Shown one piece after another: positions 1-12,099 of a stretch of DNA of 64,000 nucleotides. The stretch's first letter is position 1; the number at the start of each line of letters is the position of its first letter. Under the pieces are notes generated by a model. The model did no database searches. It was not told where the DNA came from and saw only the letters and a program-made list of their open reading frames with translations. A program made the translations under genes and the position numbers. This DNA comes from Octopus sinensis (Eukaryota). The stretch spans positions 39,804,001 to 39,868,000 of the forward strand of contig NC_043008.1 of assembly GCF_006345805.1 (NCBI RefSeq), read 5' to 3'.

Positions 1-1048
1 CCTCACTTTAGACTTTAAGTCTCATCACAAGTTCTCGTTCTCGATCAGATTCATGTCAGAACTCTGACTTGACCATTCTAGAAGGTTGAAATTATTGTCC
101 TTGAACAAATTTTTCACTAACATGGCGTTATGTTTCGGAACATTGACCTGCTGGTACTGCCATATGTGACAGAGTTGGAGTTTCGCAGCGGATTCCTTCA
201 CATTTTCATCAAGGACCTTATGTAACCCTCCATTCTCTTGATCCCTTGGACCTTTACAACGTCCCTTGTGCCACTTGGAAAGAAGCAACCCCATAACATT
301 ATGTTTACACCAGCTTGCTTCACGGTGGAAACAGTGTACTTTGACTTGTACGCTTTTTCTCCTGTACTCAGGGCATATTCAGCATTCATATGGCCAAAAA
401 CCAGAATCGTCTAGAAATCATAAAAGAGCAAATTCTATTGACTATTAAAGGTAGACATTGGTTTCAGTAAACCTAGGGTATGAATAATTTTCAAAATGGC
501 ATTTTTTGAAAATCCACGAAAAGTATACCCCTGAAAAATAGAATTTCTTGAATTGTTTGTCGTCGTTATTCTTTCACTTGTTGGTTACATATCTTTATAT
601 ATAAAAAAGAAATTGTGTGTCTGTCTCCTACGATTTAGATTCCTAACTACTCCCACATTTTGCGGTGCAGTTTAACCAAAAGCGGGTATCTTATAGTCGT
701 GATTCATATCGAGCCCTTCTGGGTATTAGCGTGCGTCTAAGATGAGTCTACAATTTAAAAAAGAAATTACCATAATTTTTTCCATTTTAATGCATATTTT
801 CGCTATTATATAAGGGAAGTAACTATCTCAAAATGTCTACGATGAGTCAACGATTTAAAAAAAAAATTACCATCATTTTTTCCCATTTTTAATGCATTTT
901 TTTGCTAATTTTTGGCTATGACTCTCTAAAAACGCTTATATAGTTATTTCCCTTACAAACCCGAGCAACGCCGGGCGATACTTGACAAAATGTATTCATC
1001 ACCAAAAAAAAATTAACCTAGGTAGGAATAATTCTGAGGGCGATTGTA
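1..1048 (-). mobile_element. Decayed, internally deleted Tc1/mariner (Tc1-like) DNA transposon, running off the left edge of the window
   Basis: Frameshifted minus-strand ORFs (25-389) give FGHMNAEY..GEKAY..STVKQAGVNIMLWGCF and LLEWSSQSSDMNLIEN, matching the Tc1 motifs TVKHGGGSIMLWGCF and WPSQSPDLNPIEN. A terminal-repeat-like end GGTAGGAATAATTCTGAGGGCGATTG+TA lies at 1021-1048, with an internal near-copy at ~470-503 (IR/DR-like layout). Confidence 0.85.
592..982 (+). mobile_element. Non-autonomous Helitron-like element nested in the Tc1 end
   Basis: Starts A|TC-TTTATATATAAAA..GTCTGTCT. The 3' GC hairpin CCCGAGCAACGCCGGG is at 960-975. The terminal CTAG is missing. There is an internal ~100-bp tandem duplication (~735-805 vs ~836-906). 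Confidence 0.55.
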
Positions 1049-1371
1049 TTCACGCACACACACACACACACACACACGCACATAAACACACATACACACA
1101 TGCGTTCATTTCGACATCTGACATACGGAACCCGCCGTACCTGTACAGGTAATATCGATTTGTTGGAGAGAGTTGGCTTATGCATAAATAAAGATTTGAT
1201 CGCTATAAATAAATCATCTGTGTGGTTGTTCGGTTAGTCTTTATCGAATCCGAATACGTCGTCTAACGACGGGACAGTCGATTATGTATATGTATACTCT
1301 CTCTCCATCTCCGTCACACCCACACATGTAAATATATATATACATACATATATATATATATAATATGTATA

Positions 1372-1402
<31 letters not shown>

Positions 1403-1679
1403 GAGAAAGAGAGAGAGGAGAGAGCTAGAGAGAGCTAGATATACGCAAAAAATAAAATATGCACGTGTGTTTAACTTGTATGTGTTTCGTGTATTGTGGT
1501 GCGTGTGGATCCGTGTATGAGGCTAGCACTTATGTGTGTATGTAGTATGTATGTAGTGTGTGTCTATGAATGCGGCCGTTATATAATATATATATATATA
1601 TATAATATATTATATATATATATATATATATACATATGTATATATATATGTATATATAGTATGTATATATATATATACA

Positions 1680-1719
<40 letters not shown>

Positions 1720-2273
1720 GAGTGAGAGAGAGTAGTCCATGCCATCAAAGTGACATTGGGGTAAAATATACGAAGACCAATATACCCATCATGACTACCC
1801 GTCTGATAAGGGTACACCAGGCACATGCATTAAAACCATATGTGCGCGCACATGGTGATCTCATAACAAGATAAACAGCGCATGACCTTGCAGGTGGGGC
1901 ACAGTTAGAATTTTCTTCAGGTTGAGTAGCCTATCCCGCTGAAAAGGTCCTGAATAAGGGTGTTTAAGGATGTTGAAAGAACCACCCATGTTTCCAGAGG
2001 TGAATTATTCAAACCCAAAGAATCTCTCTCAACACATGGCTATGATGCTCCCCCACTACTTCTGCTCGTGATAGAGATGCACATATCGTCAGCCACTAAG
2101 GGACATGCTCAACTGGTTAAGGTCAAACAACTGACAAGCAAATCTGTGTTATTGAGCAGAATATTTGCTGTAGGCCATCTTTTATACCAAGACAAAACAA
2201 TGTACATGATAACACTTCCAATCAGTTAAGATCAGAAGCCATGAGAGCCACTGTCTGGAACCTGCATCAGGGC

Positions 2274-2275
<2 letters not shown>
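1720..2275 (-). mobile_element. ~555-bp non-coding interspersed element embedded in an (AAT)n array
   Basis: Higher-GC block flanked on both sides by (ATT)n in the same orientation, with no credible ORF. Class not established. Confidence 0.55.
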
Positions 2276-2360
<85 letters not shown>

Positions 2361-2657
2361 TATTATTATTAATATTATTATTATTATTATTATTATTTTT
2401 AGACTATTGCTTGTTATTCTAGTAATCTTGAGGTTTAGCGACAACAAGTTTCAATCAAATCTGAAGACACTTGCCTGGGATTCTTGCAGAATATACATTT
2501 CTACTTTCCCGCAGCCCGACAATGCGACTCTCAGTTTTAATGTATGCCAGTACACTCATTACCACCGAAATAATTATCAACTTAGTCTTACACAATCACT
2601 TTTCAGTTAAATACGAAGTGTATGTAAAATCGAGACCTACTGAAACGAAAGCTGTTA

Positions 2658-3162
2658 TCTTCTTCTTCTTCTTCTTCTTCTTCTTCTTCTTCTTCTTCTT
2701 CTTCTTCTTCTTCTTCTCCTCCTCCTCCTTCCTCTTTTTCTTCTTTTTCTTCTTTTTCTTTTTCTTTTTCTCTTCTTCTTCTTCGTCTTCGTCTTCTTCT
2801 TCTTCTTTTCTTTTTCTTTTTTTTCTTTTTTCTTTTTCTTTTTCTTTTTCTTCTTCTTCTTTTCTTCTTCTTTCTTTCTTCTTTTCTTCTCCTCCTTCTT
2901 TTTCTCTTCTTCTTTTCCTCTCTTCTTCTTCCCTCTTCTTCTTTTTCTTCTCCCCTCCTCCCCTCCTCCTTCTTCTTCTCCTCTCCCTCCTCCTCTCCTC
3001 CTCCCTTCTTTCTTTCTTTCCTCCTCCTCCTCCTCCTTCTCCTCCTCCCTCCTCCTCCTCCTTCTTCTTCTTCTTCTTCTTCTTCTCTTCTTCTTTTCTT
3101 CTTTTCTTCTTCTTCTTCTTCTTTTTCTTCTTCTTCTTCTTCTTCTTCTTCTTCTTCTTCTT
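2658..3162. repeat. ~500-bp (CTT)n/(CCT)n polypyrimidine compound microsatellite
   Basis: Directly visible. It accounts for the poly-F/S and poly-E/R ORFs at 2471-3346. Confidence 0.97.
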
Positions 3163-3714
3163 TCAATTCAATTTTGCTTCCATTTCTCGCCGAGAGTCTT
3201 CCAGCACCTAGGGCAAAGCAACTCACTGTGTACATTGCTAGGCTGTTAAGAGAAACACACGAAATTCGTTTACAAATCATGTAATAAAAAAAACAAAAAA
3301 CAGAAGAAACATGGTGATAAAGGAAAAAAGAAAAGGAAGAAAACAAATAAAATAAGGGAAATTATTATCATCATTATTATTACTATTATTATTTATAGTG
3401 GTGCTGGTGGTATTGTTTCAAACTTAAATTTTGATAACTTTCTTTATACGTTTACTGCATGCAACTGAATCGTAATACAAACCGTCTTTCCATGGCGACT
3501 GCAAAGTAAAGTTCTGCGCAGAGACAAGAGGTCTGTCAGTAATCTAACACAGGAATCTAAACAGTAATGACATTACATGTATTCGTATCATGTCGTTTTG
3601 TCTGCTAAGAAACTAAGACAATTGTTATATTGTATGACATCCGTTTTTATCAGCTCTTCTAATGAAAGCTTCACAAGACTGGTGTCGTTTCGTATGATAC
3701 ATGCATATGTCGTA

Positions 3715-4180
3715 CATACACACACGCACACACACACACACACACACATGCACACACACATATATATATATAAATACATATAAATACATAGATATAGAGA
3801 CTTACATACATAATAGATATAAATATATATATACAATATATATATGTATATATATTTTATATATATACACTTACACACATGCATATATCACACGTACATA
3901 TATATGCAAATATGTATATATATATATACAAGCACATTCACATATGCGTACATATACATGCATATGTATATGTATATATATATATATACATACATACATA
4001 TATATATATACAAATGTATGCATATATATATGTATGTATATATATATATATATATATGCACATATGCATGTATATATATATGTATGTGTGTGTGTGTGCG
4101 TGTGTGTATATGTATATGTATATGCACATATATATTTACGTATGTATGTGTTTGTGAGTGTATATATGCATGTATACAAA
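3715..4180. repeat. Compound (CA)n/(TA)n/(TG)n microsatellite
   Basis: Directly visible. Confidence 0.95.
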
Positions 4181-7100
4181 TATTTTTCGATACCCAGAAC
4201 CTAATCAGCAGAAGCATAGTAATGCATGTCACGAAAACCATTTCCATAAACCCTCTCCAACCCAAATACAGCATTTGTTGTTTCACATTCTAATTAAGAT
4301 CATTTCCTGTGTTCCATTGTTGTTGAAAATTCCTCGGACACATTGCTGTTATTTTTTTTCTTTCATTGACTTTTCACTAAACTAAAACTCTGCAAGAATT
4401 AACGCTTAAGATTAATGGAATGGTCAAGAAAATATGGAATGTGGCAACGAATATTTGAATGAAAGTAAACTGTATGTTCAAAATTACGTAATGCATAATT
4501 TTCTTTGTAGATACGTGTTAGATCTATAATTCAATACCAGATGAATTTTAAATTTGTGTGTGTTCCACAAATTATATAAGGATCTAACTATTTAAAGGCT
4601 ACAGCTCTATAAACACCAACATTATACGTTACTTTTATTATATTAAACCTATCGCGAAGTGTTTCGAAACAACCACACTATGCAAATAAATTTAAGTAAA
4701 ACAAGGGGAATGTTGCTTTGTCTAAATAATAAACGTCCCTAAATAATATATGTTACTCTATGTCCTGCATGTGCTTATGCTGTACTTCTAACAACATTGA
4801 GACTGTATTTTGACTATATATATAAATTTAGTATGACAATGTCTTGCTACTGCACATATTTTGATAAATTACGTAGTTCGTCTAGAACAGGTGTCGTCTA
4901 GAGGTCGGCGAGAAATTACAGGGGCGTCGAAGAGAACCAAGAGGTCGAACGGAGGTCGGCGTACGAAAGACCAGCTCACCCAGATGCACTGGTTGGAATA
5001 CTTAGTCAGTGCTATGAAATTTATGAAAACTTAAAATTTTCACTGCAGCGAGAAATCTGCTGTTGCTAATTTTCGAGACCTGATATCACAATCTGTATCT
5101 TAATCGAAGATTGTGAGCCATGATTGAGGAGATGCGGATTGTCAAGTGTTTTTTTCTTATGGAAATGGCCAGTCCTGCTAGGGGAGATATGATATTAAAT
5201 ACATATCTCATAAACGTTTCTACCAGCATCAGTACCCGGTATGCGTTTAAGATATGGTACGGTGGGGTTGGGTATTATTTTAAATGGCTAAAGGGGTCGA
5301 TAGTCGAGAAAGTTTGGCAATTTCTGATCTATAACTATAATTACATAAAATAGTGTCCAAGGGCATCCTTGCGTCTGGTTATTATTGCATGATTTTATTA
5401 AAGACCCAAAAGTATTTTCCTTCCTGGCTGGGTTGGGTTCTGAATAAATAGCTTTTCATCAAAACTTAATACTTTTTGAGAATATCTTGATAGATCACAA
5501 TGTTTTCTTGTTTCCAGCAAACGGAAGTAGTTTTCTTCTTACTTCAAATATGAACGTTTATGTAATGTTGATTTTATATAAACGGGGTACACAGCCTGCA
5601 GGCTGTATACCCTAAGGAAGAAATCATAATTTAGTAGTTCTTTCCTTTAACAATTGCCTACACGCTTTTGAATTTGTCACGTGCGTGAATACAGTTTTAA
5701 TAACACATATACAGTCTAATGTAAACATGTACTTCTAAACTATATACATTCGCAAACATACATCTATGTAAGCGTACGCACGCGCACACGCAGACACTCA
5801 TATATGTGTGTATGTAAGCATGCATAAAGACAAATTCATTTTCTGCACACAGATACACATACATATGTATATGAGAAATAAGTCAGTGGAGAGTCACACG
5901 AATTCAGATACAGCGGGAGAAAAATGGGAAAAATGCGAGTTATCGAAATTATCTTCGGTTTCAAGTAATATTAACAAATTCTAATGAAAATCCCAACAGA
6001 AGTTAAACATCAAAGGAAATTCCAACTGATTGAAAAGGTAAGATTTTCAAGGAATCAATAGATTTCCGGATAGTATTCTTTTCCCTAGAGAAAAATAGAG
6101 AGGTGTGAACACATATGTCTACTTCCATAGGTGCCAAATCTTGACTGAAAGTAGACTTGATACTCTGATTTCGAGAGGAAATAAACGGAGAAAATTTAAC
6201 CAGCAGAGCCAACAGAAATTGGTGAGAGTGACAAGTGACTGGAATTTCGTGGCAGTCGATGGATTATATCCAAAAACAGCGATTAAATTTGACTTCTTGA
6301 AACTATCTTCTGTTTCGAGAGTTTTGAGAGTTTTGAGAAACAAATGCCTAGCACAATTATTTCCATTTGATATACTCAGTCGGTTACAATTGCCAATGGG
6401 TTAATATTTTTTTCCTGTACGATTTGAATAAATTTAGTAGATATTTCTGCGTCAAAACGTACTTTTATGCAAGCACCAACCCCCACACGCATAAAACCTA
6501 TCTATCTGTCCATCTATCTATCTATCCCATACACACACACACACACATATATATATATAGTATATATATATATGTAGGTATATATATGTATATATATATA
6601 CATATATATATATACATATATATTTGTAATCCCGCATGTTTGTTAGTTACATTGGTAACTGATAAAATGTAAAGGTATAGCAATAGTTATAGAATTATAA
6701 ACAAGTTATGGAGAGTCCTGATGATTGGGGTTGCAGCTAAGACATGTTTCTGAAAAAGAATGAGGGTCTCGGGAACGTTAAACGCACCTCATGAAATACG
6801 TGTAGAAGAGAAATTTGGAACTGAAATAGTAAGTATTACAATAAAATTCTATGATATGGTGTGATGTATATTAGGATTTGATGAATTGCATGAGGACTTC
6901 TATCTCTAAATGACATATTTTGTTATCGAGAATAATTCAATTTATTCGTATCCATGTGAGGCCAGAATTGTTATTCCCTAATATATATATATGGCGGCGT
7001 ACGTACACTTTGGGCTCTTATATGTAAGTATATATTTATCTAAATCATGTACGACTCTATTCTTCCTTTCTTTTATTCTTTTCTTCTTTTTATCAGCCCT

Positions 7101-8431
7101 TTCACACTTACTTCTTTCTTTCGTTCCCCCTCTCTCACATTTTCTTGCCTTCTCTTCATGCTCACTTTCCCTCCTCTTTTCATTTCATTGTGTCTCTGTC
7201 ATTTTTCTTACCCCTCCTTATTTCTTCTGTCCCTCTGCCTCTACCTCTGTCTCTTCTCTCCCCACGTGACAGTGTTCGGCCAAGCCTAACCTACTTTCTT
7301 GATTCGACCGCTGTCTGGGCAAAATCTACATTCCTCCCTATGCCTGTTAAATATTGCATCCCTGCCGTAAGGCTATACTTTCAGACACGCCAGCTTCATT
7401 TAATTCGTTCATAGTCGAAAGACACCTGTTGTTATGTCCTGTTATTTGCATTTGTGTAACATACTCCATTTTTTTCAGTCTTTGTCTTCGTATGCATTCA
7501 CTGCTTTCTTCCAAGGGATCTAAAGCTCTTAGCTTAGATTTTCCTTGAGGCTGGCCAGATTGGAGCAATCTCGAGTATTACCAGCCGAAATTGCAAAGAT
7601 AATCTGGATCTCGACTGAGGAAAAATAACGAATGACCTGTCCTTGTTTTCTTTGTATCGTCTATCTGGATGTTTTATTGTCCCCTTTTTTGTGTCACCTA
7701 ACTGTTTTATGTTCTTGTCCCATTTTGTATTATATATATATATATATATTTATATAATAAAGGCTCTGTTTTAAACAACTACTTTGCTGAAAATAAGAGT
7801 CAAAATACTCCGAAGCCACAAAAATTAACACTATAACTCATATACATGGCTGAGAAAAAAAACTTAAGTGAAATAATTATTTCCCCTTACCGCTGCAATA
7901 ATGCAAGATGGAACCTTGACATCATGGTTTCGAATTTAGCGCCAAATTACACTTTGATACGTGAATTTGCTACTTGTAGACTAAGCTGTAGAGAATCAAG
8001 TGTATTTTTGGCTCTAAATTCGAAATCATGATAACAAGTTAACTAACATTACTTCTGCAATTTTGCAGAGGTAAGACGCAATCCTTATAACACTTTATAT
8101 ATATACACACGGCAAGAAGAAAATTGAGGGGATACAGAAAGAGTGTACAACAACTGTTAGACATAATATTATGTCTATTTATTTATTCTAAAACATTTAT
8201 GAGAATATATACATGTGTAAAGACTGTGTATAACATACATATGTACCAGTAATTCATAGAATTCTTGCCGTATACATTAAGGGTGAACCACTTTTTACCT
8301 TCACACATTTATTATGCTCAAAAGCAAAATTGCCACGCAGTAAACAGCACTTGGGTGTTAATAGTTGGGTACACTACTAGCAGTATAATAGATAGTAGCT
8401 GGTTCGATTTCCAACCTCTAACTCTCACTGA

Positions 8432-8483
<52 letters not shown>

Positions 8484-8672
8484 TGTATGTATATATATTT
8501 GCACATGTATATATATTCATATACATGTATATATAAATGTATATGAGTTGTTTAGATGTCTCCCTCTCTCTCTCTCCTCCACTCTCACCCCTTCTCTACA
8601 TGTTGCTCTTACATATATGTCAACATCTGTGTACGTGTAAGTCCTGCTCGCGTATTTTGTACAGCATTATGT

Positions 8673-8988
8673 GAGGGCGCGTGGCTTAGTGGTTAGGGCA
8701 TTCGGCTCATGATCGTAAGGTTATGAGTTCGATTCCCGGCGACGCGTTGTGTCCTTGAGCAAGACACTTTATTTCACGTGCTCCAGTCCACTCAGCTGGC
8801 AAAAATGAGTTGTACTTGTATTCAAAGGGTCAGCCTTGTCACTCTCTGTGTCACGCTGATTATCCCCGAGAAAACGTTAAGGGTACACGTGTCTGTGGAA
8901 TGCTCAGCCATTTGCACGTTAATTTCACGAGCAAGCTGTTCCGTTGATCGTATCAGCTGGGACCCTCGTCGTCGTAACCGGCGGAGTC
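8673..8988 (+). mobile_element. tRNA-derived SINE, family A (tRNA head + CORE/Meta-like body + tail X)
   Basis: A box TGGCTTAGTGG (8682-8692), B box GAGTTCGATTCC (8725-8736), then TGTGTCCTTGAGCAAGACACTT. Homologous to the copies at 11855, 35011 and 38585. Confidence 0.9.
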
Positions 8989-9089
8989 TAGGAACAGCAT
9001 ATATGAATATAAAACAGTGTAGTTGATATTGTTTGAGATAGGAATATATATATGTGTGTGAATGTATGTAATTATATATATATATATAT

Positions 9090-9133
<44 letters not shown>

Positions 9134-9414
9134 AGATAGATAGATAGATAGATAAATAAACATACATACACACTTATGTATTCCTATCTCAAACAATATG
9201 AATATATATATATATATATATATATAGTGAGAGAGAGAGAGAGAGAAACAGTGAGAAACAGGGAGAGGAGGAGAGAGGGGTAGGGAGAGAAAGAAAGTGC
9301 AAGGGAGAAAGAAAAATTAAATCGATAGACAGGCTAACAGATAGGTAGATTAATAATTACATAGGTAGAAAAATAGATAAATAGATAGAAAAAAAGAAAG
9401 AAAGACAGATAGAT

Positions 9415-9445
<31 letters not shown>

Positions 9446-10199
9446 AGGAAATAAAGAGAGTCAGCTTTATAGACAGATAGAGGGTTTGGTGAATGATTAT
9501 GAAAACAGATAAATGGCGAAATATAGAAGAAATGCCAATATCAATGATGATTGTTAAAGGATATTTAATCCAAGAAAGGAACAATTTCTGGTAAAGACAT
9601 TCAAATTAATTCCTTAGTCAAACTATGGAAAATAGTACAATAGGAATGGACTGTGATAAATTGCTTTCGCATCCGCCAGGAGCCAAAACAGTAATGACGT
9701 TGTGGAAGAGCTGTGTGGGGTTTTCCTTCTCTTTCATTTAGTACTACAACAACTTTCACAGGAGAATCATATTATAATATGAATATATAAAAATCCTTTT
9801 GGGTATGAATGAAGGTTTTGCGTTGAAAAGAAAAGAATAGGTTTTCAGTAAAAATGACAAAAGTGTTGTTTTCGGAAAATAAAGCATTAATGGTGAAAAT
9901 CCGGGGAATATTTAGGAAATATGATTCTTGGTCATGAAATATATATCGGAGGGTACTCTCGATTTCGTTAGGGAAGCAGAATTTGTTTGGAAACAGAAAA
10001 TGGGTGAGAAATATGGGAACTTAGCAAGGGAAAATATTGAGGCTCACTTGCATATGCTAAACAGCAAAAATGTTCAGCAACGGTTATGTAAACAGACCTA
10101 AAACGGATATGCAATAATGAGGGCATGTTTTTGAGGAGATCGCGGGTGGAGAGGAAAGCAGTTTGGCTAAGTTACACTGAGTGACCGAACGGGTAATCA

Positions 10200-10415
10200 A
10201 ACCTATTTTTTACTACCCACAAGGGGATAAACACAGAAGGGACAAACAAGGACAGACAAACGGATCAAGTCGATTATATCGACCTCAGTGCGTAACTGGT
10301 ACTTACTTAATCGACCCCGAAAGGATGAAAGGCAAAGTCAACCTCGGCGGAATTTTAACTCAGAACGTAGCGGCAGACGAAATACCGCTAAGCATTTCGC
10401 CCGGCCTGCTAACGA
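10200..10415 (-). mobile_element. SINE family C (tRNA-like head + Nin/Inv-like GCCTTTCATCCTTTCGGGGTCGAT domain)
   Basis: The reverse complement reads TCGTTAGCAGGCCGGGCGAAATGCTTAGCGG..CTGAGTTAAAATTCCGCCGAGGTTGACTTTGCCTTTCATCC. Multiple copies occur in the window. The domain name is from memory. Confidence 0.85.
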
Positions 10416-10963
10416 AAGGGTAATCAGACCATCGATTAGTTAATTGGCTAAGGGTAAGGTACTGACTAATGATAATAAACGAAGTGAAACGGAAATTGTA
10501 AGTATGTTTAGTATTGGCATAATGACCCTCTCCAGATACAACCAACTTTGAATACAATTTCACATCATGAATTTAGCAAACCAATATAAATATGGTATAA
10601 GTTATATTTCAGTTCAGTAAACAATCATCTGTTTGTTATTTTGACCAAGTCAAAGTAACACTGCCATGCTTTTTATTACGTATTGACTACATTAAAATGT
10701 TACACAGAAAGTAATATTAATGAAATAACCTTACATATTTTGACATTTCAAGCTAGAAAAATCCGAGCAACAAGCATGTAGACAATTGGTTTTGTTTACA
10801 GTAGAAATATTCTTATATTCTCACATTTATTCTTATTTATTCTCATAATGTAAATGTGTATCATAATATAAATACAGCGATATGTTTACAAGTATTGGTA
10901 TATTTTATACAACCTATTCTGTAGGTAGTAGATTATATGATCAATCTGAAGTAGTTTCTGTAT

Positions 10964-10998
<35 letters not shown>

Positions 10999-11024
10999 AC
11001 ACACACACGTACACACACACATGT

Positions 11025-11790
11025 ACAAAGAAGTAGCTGGAACGTTTTTTTTGCCGCTTTGGACAAATGTTTTCTTCAATCTAATAGATATGTTATTTTT
11101 AATCGGCACACCGTGAAGGTATCCTACTCTAATTGTGGTAATTTAGAGCAGCTTATCCACTGCATAATCAATAGTAAAATGCAACAACAGTTCAATAACC
11201 GGGCTACTGGATCTAGCAAGCATATGCATCTAAATGCCAACGAAAGAAATGTAAACCGCAATGAAAAGCATCAAATACGGCCAAATTGTAATAATAGAAA
11301 TGCTTACTTTATAGCTTACACGGTAAAAAGGTCGAAAATGAAGTCAGAAATGCCATATATACAAACAAAAATGATAAAATGCTCATGCAGTGAAAAATCA
11401 AAATGCTCATTGATGAAGCTCTGTTTGAGCACAATTCTTGAATATGAATGTACCGTGCATACATGTGGAGGGCCGTATGTTTTTATTGGGACAACGGCTG
11501 TTTCATATCAGAATCCTTATCTCAAGCATGTCGCCAGCTTCAAGAACATCAATACGAAACATTCAGCATCTTTGGCCGATTGTGTGGAGACTGAAGGAAG
11601 ACAAAAATATGTATAACATAACTTGGTCCATAGAAAGTCATGCAAAACCATACAGTATATTTTCTGGGAGATTCCGGCTCTGCTTCTGTGAAAACATTGT
11701 ATATTCTGTGGAGCAATGAGCAGATCATTAATAGAATTTCTGAAAGACTATCAATATGCTTACACGCATGTAAATATACTTTCACACAAT
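11025..11790 (+). mobile_element. Penelope-like element remnant: RT-EN linker and GIY-YIG endonuclease C-terminus
   Basis: IFNRHTVKVSYS..KCSCSEKSKCSLMKLCL..EYECTV..YVFIGTT..KHVASFK, then after a frameshift WRLKEDKNMYNITWSIESHAKPY..RLCFCE and INRISERLSICLHACKY. This matches the PLE pattern IFNRNTVKVSYS/CNC..CPL/YIG/HKASF/W.I...A.PY..C.LC..EK. Confidence 0.88.
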
Positions 11791-11854
11791 GCGATGGGAA
11801 TGAATTTGAATAATTGTTAATATAATTTACATAAACAATAAATAAATAATAAAT

Positions 11855-12099
11855 GCACCCTTTTAAAACCTAGCCAGGCTCACGGGCCCGGTTTCCCGGT
11901 TTCTATGGCGTATGTGTTCCCCTGCTGGACGGGACGCCAGTCCATCGCAGGGTTACTCATTTTTATCAGGTGAGTGGACTGGAGCAACGTGAAATGAAGT
12001 GTTTTGCTCAAGAGCACAACGCGTTGCCCGGTCCAGGAATCGAAACCACAAACTTATGATCATGATGCTGGCACCATAAACAGTAAGCCACGCGCCTCC
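11855..12099 (-). mobile_element. tRNA-derived SINE: family A head with a different (Meta-like) tail
   Basis: Head and core are homologous to the 8673 copy; the tail reads CCTGCGATGGACTGGCGTCCCGTCCAG. A 10-bp TSD ATAATTTACA lies at 11822-11831 and 12102-12111. Confidence 0.9.

Noticed and set aside
1095-1280. Possible solo-LTR-like block with AATAAA and small hairpins
   Set aside because: There are no TG..CA ends or TSD and no second copy in the window.
2471-3346. 246- and 247-aa ORFs (poly-F/S, poly-E/R) and the many YIYI/HTHT/poly-I/poly-D ORFs across the window
   Set aside because: They are translations of stop-free microsatellites and show no coding signal.
5980-6225. Good donor (AAG|GTAAGA) and acceptor (CCATAG|G) around a short intron-like interval
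   Set aside because: The spliced frame stops after 23 codons and shows no homology I recognise.
7295-7614. Protein-like segment. Minus: ORF ..MNELNEAGVSESIALRQGCNI. Plus: FVFVCIHCFLPRDLKLLA*IFLEAG.., where UAG-to-UGG editing could allow read-through.
   Set aside because: No frame stays open between plausible splice sites. The RQG..IFN pattern suggests a decayed LINE RT, and the editing idea has no support without RNA data.
8673-8745. tRNA-like sequences (also at ~12030-12099 and 38585-38660)
   Set aside because: These are SINE heads: they run into SINE bodies and lack a proper acceptor stem.
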